From: a virus
UHGV virus genome: UHGV-1364246
Reading direction: 5' to 3' (one strand)
DNA length: 39,893 nt
The first letter of the stretch is position 1. The number at the start of each line of letters is the position of its first letter. Shown one piece after another: positions 17,399 through 26,411 of this stretch. The position numbers and the translations under genes are program-made. Under the pieces are notes generated by a model that made no database searches, was not told the DNA's origin, and saw nothing but the letters and a program-made list of their open reading frames with translations.

Positions 17399-20080
17399 TT
17401 AAGCGAATGCAAAGTCTGAAGACAAGATGTCTTCGATATTCAGTTTACCTTTCTTCGGAAGCTCAGGCAACTTGTCGCGCTGACTCTCGTGAAGCTGGTA
17501 TTCGAACTGCTCGTAGAAGTCAAGCAGTACATCGTTGTCGCGGTAGGTCTCGACCATTGTCTCACGGACGCCACGGAACAGATACTCAGCGTCAGCCGGG
17601 ATGGTCCCGAAGCTATCGTGAATCACTGCGAATGACATCACACCATACTTGCGGTGCGTGTGGACTACAGTCTTGCGGAGGTGGCTGCCATCTTGTGAGT
17701 GGACGAAGTTCGGGCTAATGCCTGACTCCTGCTTGTGCTTGTCTAGCTCTTTCTTCGTGCCTTTGTTGACTGTAGGCTGAAGGTTGAATGACCCTAAGAA
17801 CATCAGGTTCAGACGAGTGGTATCCTTCTTGCGGTATTCCTGCCAGACCGGGAAACCATCAGGTGTGACCCAGTGTACTGGAAGGCAAGGCTTCAGGATT
17901 TCACCAGTCTTCTTGTCCTTCACTTCAGCAGCCAGCAGCTTGGCAGCACCTTGAAGCCACTTCATCGCGTCAACCGCAGCAACTACGGTCACACTCACAG
18001 CTTCCCAAATCATCTTAGCCATGAAGCGAGACGCTTGTCTTGGTTCAGTGAACATAGAGCCAGACCCTGAGTCAATCGCTGGCATCACGATGTCCTCGTA
18101 CACTTGGTCTGCGAATCCGTACTCTTTCGACCCGTAGGCCAGAGTCATGACCGAACGCTTAGTTACCTTGCGTGACATGCCGTAAGTCAGCCACTGCCTG
18201 GCCAGCTCTCGTGTCCCCAGCTTGAGGCGCTCGGTAATCTCACCAGTTTTCTTATCCTCGTGAGTCACCATCTCGTTGTCCGTACCGTTAACCAGCAGGA
18301 CTTTAAGCTCCTCCTCAATGCGGTCAGACACGATGCGGTAGATGTCTTGGACCTTACCGGAAGGCGTCAGGTTTACTGCATGTCCACCTATGTGGTCTCG
18401 AAGCATCGCGCTGAAGTGCTGAATCCCAGAGCAGGACCCATCGAAAGCTATCGGCAGCGAGCAGGAGTAAGACAAACCGTGGTGCATTACGCCAGCATAC
18501 TCGAAGCAGAACGCTAGGAAGCAGAACGGAGAGTCTAACTTACCCCACCACTCAATGCTGTCCATCGGTGCCTTAGCGGTAGCCATGATGTTGTCGTGGT
18601 TGTCTTCCACCCACTTGATGCGCTCCTCGAAGGTGACTTTATCAATACCCGCACAGTTTGCACCGTGGACCTTCAGCCATTTGAAACCATCAGCACCAAT
18701 AGGCTTACCGACTGCCAGAGTTAGGAGACCCTTCTGCATGTCGTTACCCTGAGGGTTGAACATCGGCACAGCGTAGACGCGACCACGCCAGTCCATGTTG
18801 TACGGGAACCAGATGGCCTTGAACTGAGAGAACTTGTTCGCTTGGTTAACGATAAAGCTCAGCGACAATCTGCGTGACTGTCGGGCCTTCTCTCGGCGGT
18901 AGATACCAGCAGCAGCCTTCTTCCATTCCTTGAGTTCCTCTTCAGTCTCACCCGCATAGTCTTCAGGCTTCAGCGGCTCCATCTGAGGGATGTCATCAAT
19001 AGGCGTGTTGTTCAACTTCTCTACCATGTTCACCACGTCCAGAACCTTCTTGTTCACCTTCCAAGGCGTATTCTGGATGATATTCACAGCGTCATAGACT
19101 TCAGGCATGTACACGTCTTCATAACGTGCCACCGCAGACTTAGACCCTAAGCGAATCAGTGGTAGTGGTCTGCGACCTTTGGCCCAGTACCCACCTCCTA
19201 CGACACCAGTCCACGGCTTAGGTGGAACGACACAGGGCTGGTAGACTGGAGCGATACCCGCAAGGCTGAATCCTCGTTGTGCCATCTTCTTGACCCAGAA
19301 GTCTGACAGGTGGACCATCTCGACATCAGCCGCTGCATTGCCAGCACCGTAACGCTTAAGCTCGACCAGTTGTGTTGACTGGATGACAATCTCAAGCATC
19401 TTGATTCCAACGTGGACAGCCTCGGTCGGACTCCAAGTTCCCCACGCATCTTCAAGTTGGCCTTGCTCCAGCATGGAGGTCTCAACAGCTTGCATGTAGG
19501 CTTTTTTGTAGGATGCCCCGGCGCGCTTGTTCAGGTTCTCAGCTATCGCCTTCTTGAAGTGCTCCTTCTCCTTATCACGGATGCGACCGAAGCGGATTTC
19601 ATCCTCAAGTGTGCGACCTATCGCGGAGGCCATCGGTGTAATCGGTATCCCTTCAGGCTTGACCAGCTTGGAGAGGATGACCTTCAGTATGATGACCGCA
19701 GCAGACTCACAGGAGATGCGCAGAGAGCGGTCCTTGACGGCCTTCTCTTCAGTGCTCAACATGGTGAACGCTACGCTAGGACGAGAGGTTGACAGCTTAC
19801 CGTCTGGACCTTCGTGCCACTCCTTGACGGCTTGCGCAATCTTAGGGACCAGAGTCTGCATCAAAGGCTTGGCGACCTGATTGTCTGCCAGTTCCCCGCG
19901 CTCAGTCTGTCGCTCAAGGTTCTTGATGAAACGTCGCTCGCCTTCAGTGTATGCCTCATGCTCAAGCTGAAGCTGTTTGACTGCAAGGTCTTGCCCGTAG
20001 TGGTCAGCCAGCAGGTTAAACGGCTCAATGGCGTTCGACACATCAGAGAAGTCGTGTTTGTCAATAGAGATGACGCTCAT
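17399..20080 (-). CDS. DNA-directed RNA polymerase, single-subunit (T7 gene 1-like)
   Basis: 893 aa; collinear with recalled T7 RNAP (PYNMDWRGRVYA, DGSCSGIQHFSAMLRD, HDSFGT, C-terminal FAFA); specificity-loop region reads LMFLGSFNLQPTVN versus T7 LMFLGQFRLQPTIN. Confidence 0.97.
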   Translation of the reverse strand: MSVISIDKHDFSDVSNAIEPFNLLADHYGQDLAVKQLQLEHEAYTEGERRFIKNLERQTERGELADNQVAKPLMQTLVPKIAQAVKEWHEGPDGKLSTSRPSVAFTMLSTEEKAVKDRSLRISCESAAVIILKVILSKLVKPEGIPITPMASAIGRTLEDEIRFGRIRDKEKEHFKKAIAENLNKRAGASYKKAYMQAVETSMLEQGQLEDAWGTWSPTEAVHVGIKMLEIVIQSTQLVELKRYGAGNAAADVEMVHLSDFWVKKMAQRGFSLAGIAPVYQPCVVPPKPWTGVVGGGYWAKGRRPLPLIRLGSKSAVARYEDVYMPEVYDAVNIIQNTPWKVNKKVLDVVNMVEKLNNTPIDDIPQMEPLKPEDYAGETEEELKEWKKAAAGIYRREKARQSRRLSLSFIVNQANKFSQFKAIWFPYNMDWRGRVYAVPMFNPQGNDMQKGLLTLAVGKPIGADGFKWLKVHGANCAGIDKVTFEERIKWVEDNHDNIMATAKAPMDSIEWWGKLDSPFCFLAFCFEYAGVMHHGLSYSCSLPIAFDGSCSGIQHFSAMLRDHIGGHAVNLTPSGKVQDIYRIVSDRIEEELKVLLVNGTDNEMVTHEDKKTGEITERLKLGTRELARQWLTYGMSRKVTKRSVMTLAYGSKEYGFADQVYEDIVMPAIDSGSGSMFTEPRQASRFMAKMIWEAVSVTVVAAVDAMKWLQGAAKLLAAEVKDKKTGEILKPCLPVHWVTPDGFPVWQEYRKKDTTRLNLMFLGSFNLQPTVNKGTKKELDKHKQESGISPNFVHSQDGSHLRKTVVHTHRKYGVMSFAVIHDSFGTIPADAEYLFRGVRETMVETYRDNDVLLDFYEQFEYQLHESQRDKLPELPKKGKLNIEDILSSDFAFA

Positions 20081-20149
20081 ACTTAAAGTCCTTGTTATTA
20101 GTCTTTCACTTAAAGTCTCTTTGGTCTTTCACTTGGAGTCTTAGACCTT

Positions 20150-20172
20150 GAGTCCTATAGTGATAGTTAAGT
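20150..20172 (-). promoter_or_regulatory. Phage-type promoter about 75 bp upstream of the RNAP gene (TTAACTATCACTATAGGACTC)
   Basis: Matches the -17..+2 core; GGA start as in this phage's class-II promoters; followed by a half R-site motif GACTCAAGGTC. Confidence 0.5.
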
Positions 20173-20177
20173 AAGAA

Positions 20178-20504
20178 TCACTTGCATATCAGTGGGATAG
20201 CGTGAAGATGACTGAAGTCACCATGAGACGTGTGCTTGATGGTTGACCGTTGGTCTATCGCCTTCCAGCCTGAGACTAAAAGTTTGCCATCGTCGGTTGT
20301 TGGTCGTCCACCATACGCCAGACACATCAGTTCGGACTTATGGCCCTCAGCCCGTAGTCGTGCCTGTAGTACACGGTCACGCTCCCGCTGTTGACGTGCG
20401 GTATGACTCGACGTTCCGTGACGATACCCGGTAGCCAGTAGGCTTAACATTTGCATGTCTGCGTCCATAGAGTGTACCAGATTAATCCCGTATGACTTGT
20501 TCAT
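20178..20504 (-). CDS. Hypothetical 108-aa early protein immediately upstream of the RNAP gene
   Basis: ATG at 20502-20504 with AGGAGAA upstream; His-rich C-terminus; no recognised homolog. Confidence 0.5.
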   Translation of the reverse strand: MNKSYGINLVHSMDADMQMLSLLATGYRHGTSSHTARQQRERDRVLQARLRAEGHKSELMCLAYGGRPTTDDGKLLVSGWKAIDQRSTIKHTSHGDFSHLHAIPLICK

Positions 20505-20506
20505 TA

Positions 20507-20932
20507 TTAATTCTCCTGAAGATATTTGAGTGCGCTTGCCAGAAGCTCTGGCGAATCTTTAAATTTTCCTAGACCAATGTTACACGATGCACACAATAAA
20601 CCTCGCACCTTTCCAGACTTATGACAGTGGTCTACGGCTAACCTTCTACCTGTCTCACAAGCACTACCGCAGATTTTGCACCCACCGCCTTGACCTTCCA
20701 GCATGGTAGTATATTCACCCTCCGTTATTCCATACCTAGACCTCAGGTGATAGCCTCTCTCCGTGCTTCGTGCTCTTTTCAATGAGTCGCCATTCCTGTG
20801 TTGTGACGTAACGACCGATGACACTTGACAGGGCTTGCAATATGTCTGTAGTCCGTCCCGCCTAGCCTTGTTCCTGCCAAACATAGTAGCATCCTTAGTC
20901 TCTCCACATTTGGCGCAGGTCTTTTCCATCAC
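20507..20932 (-). CDS. Endonuclease VII-family (HNH-like) protein with N-terminal zinc ribbon
   Basis: 141 aa; CAKCG...CKPC zinc ribbon, then LAVDHCHKSGKVRGLLCASCNIGLG, typical of the Endonuclease_7 family. Confidence 0.65.
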   Translation of the reverse strand: MMEKTCAKCGETKDATMFGRNKARRDGLQTYCKPCQVSSVVTSQHRNGDSLKRARSTERGYHLRSRYGITEGEYTTMLEGQGGGCKICGSACETGRRLAVDHCHKSGKVRGLLCASCNIGLGKFKDSPELLASALKYLQEN

Positions 20933-21126
20933 AGTTTGCTCCCAAGAGTTGCTATATCCCAGACGTTCGCTAGGTTGCGCATGAATCGTCCGTTAGGTTG
21001 ACGTACAGTCCAGCGACCCAGACGTACATAGTTGAATTTGTAGACTTTACGTGCCTTGTTGACGTCTCTCACCAGCACGTAGGCGATAAGTCCATAGCCT
21101 ATGGCTATCAATAGTGTTATACTCAT
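20929..21126 (-). CDS. Small hydrophobic early protein (65 aa, probable single transmembrane helix)
   Basis: MSITLLIAIGYGLIAYVLV... hydrophobic N-terminus; overlaps the Endo VII start (ATGA). Confidence 0.4.
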   Translation of the reverse strand: MSITLLIAIGYGLIAYVLVRDVNKARKVYKFNYVRLGRWTVRQPNGRFMRNLANVWDIATLGSKL

Positions 21127-21560
21127 AGTGATTTCCGTTTAATACAGTCGTATATCCCATACCCTATCAGCCAGATAACTGGCGCTAGACATACCCAATA
21201 TCCCACACCCATAGTTACCTCCTATTAATGCAAGTGGTAATCTTTGAGGCCACCTATCAGTTAGATGACCTCTCGCCTATCACTCAGTACCCGCCTGTTA
21301 GCGTTATGGTCAGGCTATGGTGATTAGCCACGTAGCAAGCCCCGCGCTTCATCATCTCGTAGCAACCATCGTAGAACGCCTGTTCACTGCTATAAGTTAT
21401 CTGGTACATGTTTACTTGTCCTCAGCGTGTAAGCTGTCGTGTATGAGCTTGCGGCCCTCATAGACCGCCTTCAGGAGACGCATAGTCGCATCGTGGTTTA
21501 ATTGCCCGGTCTTGACCATAATCCGGGCGTTGATGATGTGGTGCTGGCAGAGACCATAAG

Positions 21561-22085
21561 TTACCATCTTGATGACCTCACCTCTTGCAGCTTGGACACA
21601 AGGAAGAAGCAGTCCACCAGTATTAACTTGCCGTTCACGGCCCGTACATTGCGTGGGCTTATCTCAAACTGAATGTCAGACCCAAAGTTAGCGCAAGCAT
21701 CCATCGCCATCATCACATCCATCAGACCATCCCGCACAGTCTCAGTCTCAGACCTGTCGTGTGCAGCTTGGAATATCTCGTACCACTTGTGATACAGTTC
21801 AGCAGGTCTAGAGAATACCGGAGACCGTGAGAAGCAGTCTCGCAACACCTGATAGAGTTGCCATTGGTCATCATCTAAATGCGCCTTGAGACCTCGTGTT
21901 GGTGGCATGTAGTCCATCTCATACGTGCCTAACTCAATCATTTTGACTTCAGGGAACAGTGGAGACTCAGGGAACCATCCCCACGCCATACACTCCTTGA
22001 TTGGGTCTGAAGAGACCAGAATTACACGCTTCCCGCAGTCCTTCAGGTAGCACTTAGTGAACGCGCCTTTGCCTATCAGTTTCAT
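21561..22085 (-). CDS. Putative protein kinase-like early protein (short gp0.7-like kinase domain)
   Basis: 174 aa; glycine-rich loop LIGKGAFTKCY; C-terminal NVRAVNGKLILVD resembles the T7 gp0.7 segment NIMFSNGDVPYITD; first gene after the sigma70 promoters. Confidence 0.4.
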   Translation of the reverse strand: MKLIGKGAFTKCYLKDCGKRVILVSSDPIKECMAWGWFPESPLFPEVKMIELGTYEMDYMPPTRGLKAHLDDDQWQLYQVLRDCFSRSPVFSRPAELYHKWYEIFQAAHDRSETETVRDGLMDVMMAMDACANFGSDIQFEISPRNVRAVNGKLILVDCFFLVSKLQEVRSSRW

Positions 22086-22270
22086 CTTGTTTATCCTATA
22101 GTTAGTGACTATCAGTCAGGGCCTTCAGATGTAGACTCAAAGACCCTGTAGTTAGTCGCTATCGGCGCACATTAAGAGTTTATCCAGATTGTTAAAGAGC
22201 ATTCGCGTTGGCTGTCGTCGCCGTGCTATCCCGTTTCAGTGTTGGGACTCACTAATCTTGCCTGCCGTGT

Positions 22271-22299
22271 AAGTTACTACAGTCAAACCAGCTTGTCAA
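22271..22299 (-). promoter_or_regulatory. Sigma70-type early promoter (A-series-like): TTGACA, 17-nt spacer, TAACTT
   Basis: Minus-sense TTGACAagctggtttgactgtagTAACTT. Confidence 0.45.
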
Positions 22300-22425
22300 C
22301 CACTTTCTTAGCTCGCTTGCTGTAGTAACCTACCATCTTACTTAGTAGACCAGATATTCGCGCTGGTCACTCCGCATAGCCGATGTAGTTTATCAGTTCC
22401 GGCTCGCTGTACTGCTTGGTGAATC

Positions 22426-22454
22426 ATACTACTTTAAGTCTTACATCTTGTCAA
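22426..22454 (-). promoter_or_regulatory. Sigma70-type strong early promoter (A1/A2-like): TTGACA, 17-nt spacer, TAGTAT
   Basis: Minus-sense TTGACAagatgtaagacttaaagTAGTAT; upstream block TAAGTAGACAGCCTGATAAGTCG resembles recalled T7 sequence near A2. Confidence 0.6.
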
Positions 22455-22584
22455 CTACTTTCTGTCATCTGCCTGTTGTTCTTACGACTTATCAGGCTGT
22501 CTACTTAACCGTGATGACCCGGCGTCTTCACTATCCGGTGGTTGCCGTGTCGTGTTGACGTAAGCTATTAAGCCATAGTCTAGA

Positions 22585-22607
22585 CCTATAGTCAATAGGT
22601 AATTTGA
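22585..22607 (-). promoter_or_regulatory. Degenerate phage-promoter-like sequence near the left end (phiOL-like)
   Basis: Minus-sense TTACCTATTGACTATAGGTCTAG; only the ACTATAGG core is conserved. Confidence 0.3.
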
Positions 22608-22719
22608 GATAATATTGATTGAGCTATCGTCGGCCCCATGGTGTAAGAGGATATAGTCTTTGACTAACATGTCTTAGACCGTAAGTCTATAGCCTTTGTG
22701 TCTATTAACTGTGGGTCTC

Positions 22720-23045
22720 TGACTGTAGGTGTTGGTGTCTTATGGTTGAGACTGTAGGTTAGTGACTTATGGTCTGATACAGATAGAGACTCAAAGAAGA
22801 CCCATAGTCCCAACCTATCGTCCTGACCATCAGCCATAGCCTAGACCTATCGTAGACCTAACGTCTTGACCATTGGTCCAACCTTATGATAGACTGGGGT
22901 AGGGCCTTTGGTCTGGACTGAAAGAGGGCCTATGGGGAGACTTGAGGTTCTTGAACTGTGAGATGTGGTCTCAAACTTTTGGTCCAAAACTCATCGTCAT
23001 TACTGTAGGTCACAGCCACTGTAGGTCAAGGACCGTAGGTCAGGC
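22720..23045. repeat. Genome-end region: collapsed terminal repeat flanked by arrays of the short direct repeat (C)YGTAGGT; inferred physical left end at about 22963
   Basis: Five copies of ctgtaggt/ccgtaggt (22723, 22752, 23003, 23019, 23033), analogous to T7 ACCTAAAG arrays; minus-sense TCTCACAGT...CCCCATAGG at 22963 downward resembles the first bases of T7. Confidence 0.5.
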
Positions 23046-23200
23046 GACACTAGGATAGACCAATAAGTAGGATGACCCTAAGTGAGCTTCTCTTAAGATG
23101 TTACCTAAAGTCCTTGACTACAGTAGCTAAGGTCAGTAGAGTAGCGTCAGCTATGAACTGACCTTAGGTCTTACTTTCGTTGATTGTTACCATTACGGCG

Positions 23201-23359
23201 TTAATGACACTCAGACACCAGAGAACATACGAGAGTCTCGACCCACCCGACCCACTGACTTCCAGCAGTAACGCCAGCAGCAAGTAGAACAGCAGCAAGA
23301 AACCTGTATGTAGCTCGATTGGTCGCCAGAGCTTTAAGTACAGCTTTGGTCTTTGCCAT
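23201..23359 (-). CDS. gp19.5-like small membrane protein, 52 aa
   Basis: Translated by hand: MAKTKAVLKALATNRATYRFLAAVLLAAGVTAGSQWVGWV...; AGGAGGT 9 nt upstream; lies after the phiOR-like promoter. Confidence 0.5.
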   Translation of the reverse strand: MAKTKAVLKALATNRATYRFLAAVLLAAGVTAGSQWVGWVETLVCSLVSECH

Positions 23360-23547
23360 ATGCTACATACCTCCTGTATCTATGGTCGGTGACTATCTGT
23401 ATTGGAGGGATTATGATTAATATCACCCTCCTTCCTTCCTTCCATCGGTGCAAGCCTTAGGTAAGAACTCGGAGTCTGCCTCCTAAGGTCTTGCATAAAG
23501 TCTGCATATGTATATTCACTACAGTAATACTATAAGTAACCGGGGGT

Positions 23548-23570
23548 CTTCCCTATAGTGATAGTTAAGT
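23548..23570 (-). promoter_or_regulatory. Phage RNAP promoter near the right end (phiOR-like, GGGAAG start)
   Basis: Minus-sense CTTAACTATCACTATAGGGAAGA. Confidence 0.75.
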
Positions 23571-23664
23571 CCAAACTACTTGTAAAACAGTAGGTTAGAC
23601 TGGTAGTAACTATAGGTTACTAACCGCGTATTCATGCAGCTTTCACCCATAGTTATTCATTCAG

Positions 23665-25428
23665 TTAGTGGAACGTAACGTAGGACCCTAGTCCTAGCTC
23701 GTCGTCCGTATCGTGCGTTACCCGGACCCCATTGTCCCAGAACTCAGTGTGGATGGACTCGAATCCTTTCCGTGGGTTCTCCATCTGTTCCTCCAGCCAC
23801 TCCTCAGTGACTTCACGTTCGCCTTTGTTGGCATCCTTAGCCATAGACTCAACGAAGAACTGTACACCGATAGCCAGCGCATCAAGTCGGTCATCGTGTG
23901 CCAAGGCGCCACGTTCACGAGATATACGTGTCATCTGGTAGAAGAGAGAGTAGATAGGGTTACGAACACCATCCTTATCAGAGGCTGACTGGTAGTCTTG
24001 GACGATAGCAGCAGCGTTTACGATAAGTCGGTGAGACCCCATGATAGGCTCCAGAACGTCACAGATGCGTAGTTCTTTCTGACCCTTACTCTTCACTTCA
24101 GTTACAGCCGCAGGATGAATACGGGCAGCTACAGGCTTGAATAGCTCAAGGTACATACCATCACCGAAGTTACCCTCAATGACGTATTCGTTAACCTTCC
24201 ACTTACGACCAATCTTAGCCAAGGCTTCCAGCGTAGAGTCTTCATAGCCACCACGCATACCACCAACTTCCATAGCGAAGATGTAGCCGTTGAGCTGGTA
24301 CAGTACCGCATAGCCAGTTTCATCCTTACCACGACCACTAGGGTCAATGACCAGAATCTTCTGGGTGTACGAACTGAAGGCAGAACCTACAGTCTGATAC
24401 GTGTGGTATGAGTCACCCATGAGTCCAACGTTAGGAACGTCCTCACGCTTGTTCTGAGGGTTAGGCAACCATTGGTAGACCATTGGGCTGGACGCTGGGT
24501 CCAAGTCTGCTACGATAAGGTCACGGAGCTTCAGAGGGTACTTCTCGGCATCACTCAGGTTCGGGTTAAGCATGAACTGTAGAGCGAAACCAGCTTTACC
24601 GTACGACAACTCGCGTTCCTTCAGGTCCGTATCATCGAAGCGTACTTCATCAGTCGGACGCCAGTAGAAGGACTCAGGGTCCTCTTCCAGCTCTGCCTGA
24701 AGCATAGGAGCCAGACGGTCGCCGTAAGACTGCCAGTCCTTCCTGTCGCGTGGATAACGAGCGGGCCAGATAGTAGTGGTGTACCCACGACCTTCCAGCT
24801 CACGATACAGGGTCATCTCGTTCTGAGGAGTACCCAGATAGATGATTGTACCTCCCGGCTTCAGGATAGCGTCGAATTCTTTCACAAGCTCTGACAGACG
24901 GTCACGCGCAGCCTGAGTCGCTGAGTTGTTCGGAACTTCCACGTCATCGGCAATCAGGATGTCAGCACGACTACCAGTCAACTGACCAGTGATACCAACG
25001 GACTTAACCGAAGGTGAGTGGTCCGGCTTGGCTGGCCCAACATCAAAGCTGATAACCGCATCTCGTTGTCCCTGCTTAGGTTTGAGTTCCTGAAGCTGAG
25101 GCATGAGGTCGATGATTCGCTTGATGAAGATGGAGTTCGCATCGGCTCGTTCCTTTGAGGCCGACACAATCATGAACTTCAAGTCTGGGTTGTTCCATAA
25201 CTTCCAGACAACGAAGGCACACGTAATGAAGGACTTCCCTATACCACGGAACGCCTGTAGAATGAAGCGCCTGTTGTCCCCAGCCGATAGTTTCTTCGCC
25301 ATGTCAATCTGACAGCGAGTCGGGACCGGGAGTGACAGAGCTTTCCACAGGACGAACAGGAAGAACACGAAGTCTGACTTCATACGTGCAGTCATTAGCG
25401 CCTGACGCGCCACTAAGTCTTTACTCAA
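23665..25428 (-). CDS. Terminase large subunit (gp19-like)
   Basis: 587 aa; [28 protein letters not shown]...[18 protein letters not shown] (Walker A) closely matches recalled T7 gp19; apparent TTG start with AAGGAGGT 8 nt upstream. Confidence 0.93.
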   Translation of the reverse strand: MSKDLVARQALMTARMKSDFVFFLFVLWKALSLPVPTRCQIDMAKKLSAGDNRRFILQAFRGIGKSFITCAFVVWKLWNNPDLKFMIVSASKERADANSIFIKRIIDLMPQLQELKPKQGQRDAVISFDVGPAKPDHSPSVKSVGITGQLTGSRADILIADDVEVPNNSATQAARDRLSELVKEFDAILKPGGTIIYLGTPQNEMTLYRELEGRGYTTTIWPARYPRDRKDWQSYGDRLAPMLQAELEEDPESFYWRPTDEVRFDDTDLKERELSYGKAGFALQFMLNPNLSDAEKYPLKLRDLIVADLDPASSPMVYQWLPNPQNKREDVPNVGLMGDSYHTYQTVGSAFSSYTQKILVIDPSGRGKDETGYAVLYQLNGYIFAMEVGGMRGGYEDSTLEALAKIGRKWKVNEYVIEGNFGDGMYLELFKPVAARIHPAAVTEVKSKGQKELRICDVLEPIMGSHRLIVNAAAIVQDYQSASDKDGVRNPIYSLFYQMTRISRERGALAHDDRLDALAIGVQFFVESMAKDANKGEREVTEEWLEEQMENPRKGFESIHTEFWDNGVRVTHDTDDELGLGSYVTFH

Positions 25429-25430
25429 GG

Positions 25431-25595
25431 TTACACCTCCTTAGGTTCAAACCACTTAGATGGGAACATACCAATGTACCGTCCTCCCCTAATATGCACA
25501 TAGGAGTCAATGTCTTCAAGCGAGTCCACCCAGTAGACTGAACCCACCTCAAGAATCCCATTTGAGTCAGACTTTAAGCATTTAACTCTAATCAT
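25431..25595 (-). CDS. Hypothetical 54-aa protein between spanin and terminase (no T7 counterpart)
   Basis: Translated by hand: [54 protein letters not shown]; GAGGGAG upstream; its stop TAA lies inside the terminase SD. Confidence 0.5.
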   Translation of the reverse strand: MIRVKCLKSDSNGILEVGSVYWVDSLEDIDSYVHIRGGRYIGMFPSKWFEPKEV

Positions 25596-26037
25596 TGCTC
25601 TCCCTCTCTTGCTGTAAGGATCTCACAGTGTCCTGAAGCGCCTTAATCCACTTGTCTCCTTTCAGTCCGATGGCGATAAGACGTTTAGCATCTCGTTCGT
25701 CAAGTTCGGCGTAACCATCAATGACGCATCGACCGTCACTTTGCGTGGTTCCACTCGTAGGTTTGACTCGGATGCGCAGCCGCTTATTGTCAGACTGAAG
25801 GTCAGCAATAATCCTGTCAGTGCTGCCTTCCAGCGAGGACATTTCGTCCTGAAACCGTTTGGACACCTTGTTGACTTCAGCTTGGACAGCAAGTCTTGTA
25901 TCCTCCGATGCCTTAAGATTCGAGGTGTATTCTGCATTGACCTTAGCCTCCCACTTATTGTTAGCGGTGTGATAGCCACCAGCAAACATCACTGCTGCAA
26001 GTAACCACGGAGCCGCTCTCTTTAAAAATTCGAGCAT
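25588..26037 (-). CDS. i-spanin (gp18.5 / Rz-like)
   Basis: 149 aa; N-terminal transmembrane segment AAPWLLAAVMFAGGY then coiled-coil-like region; syntenic; contains an embedded frame with a lipobox. Confidence 0.75.
   Translation of the reverse strand: MLEFLKRAAPWLLAAVMFAGGYHTANNKWEAKVNAEYTSNLKASEDTRLAVQAEVNKVSKRFQDEMSSLEGSTDRIIADLQSDNKRLRIRVKPTSGTTQSDGRCVIDGYAELDERDAKRLIAIGLKGDKWIKALQDTVRSLQQERESND
25662..25937 (-). CDS. o-spanin (gp18.7 / Rz1-like lipoprotein) embedded in the i-spanin gene; start uncertain
   Basis: +1 frame within the i-spanin gene encodes a basic n-region, hydrophobic AALTGLLLTFSLT and lipobox ISGC; first in-frame ATG is far upstream of the signal peptide. Confidence 0.45.
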   Translation of the reverse strand: MQNTPRILRHRRIQDLLSKLKSTRCPNGFRTKCPRWKAALTGLLLTFSLTISGCASESNLRVEPRKVTVDASLMVTPNLTNEMLNVLSPSD

Positions 26038-26085
26038 AGTCGCCCTCCCGGTTTATCAGATTTCACGTAGAGTATCCTCCACTAG

Positions 26086-26139
26086 TTAGTGTTAACCATA
26101 AAGGCCACTACATATAGTAATGACCTTGAGTCTAACACT
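26086..26139 (-). ncRNA. RNase III processing element (R18.5-like)
   Basis: Third copy of the CCATAAAGGCCAC...ATGACCTTGAGTCTA element, between genes 18 and 18.5. Confidence 0.6.
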
Positions 26140-26147
26140 TAAGATAT

Positions 26148-26411
26148 TTACTGTACTCCATATCCAGTGTCATTATCTTCCGTAGCGGAGAGCACCTTAT
26201 CGTACTCTGCGTTCAGGGCCTCCATATCAGCGAGCGTCTTCTCATCAACAGACACCTTGCTTAGCACGAAGTTGTGACGAGCCAGTAGCTTCTCAATGGC
26301 GTTGTAAAGCTGAGGTGAACGCTTAGAGTCATCCCGCAGGTCTTGCAGCATGAGTCGAGCACGTTCAGTATCTAGCATTAAGAGGAACTTCTCTAAGTCC
26401 ATCTGCGTCAT
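26148..26411 (-). CDS. Terminase small subunit (gp18-like)
   Basis: 87 aa; FLLMLDTERARLMLQDLRDDSKRSPQLYNAIEKLLARH matches recalled T7 gp18. Confidence 0.85.
   Translation of the reverse strand: MTQMDLEKFLLMLDTERARLMLQDLRDDSKRSPQLYNAIEKLLARHNFVLSKVSVDEKTLADMEALNAEYDKVLSATEDNDTGYGVQ

Noticed and set aside
22482-22670. 62-aa minus-strand ORF in the left-end non-coding region
   Set aside because: Overlaps the sigma70 promoter region and repeat arrays; no SD; T7 has no gene here.
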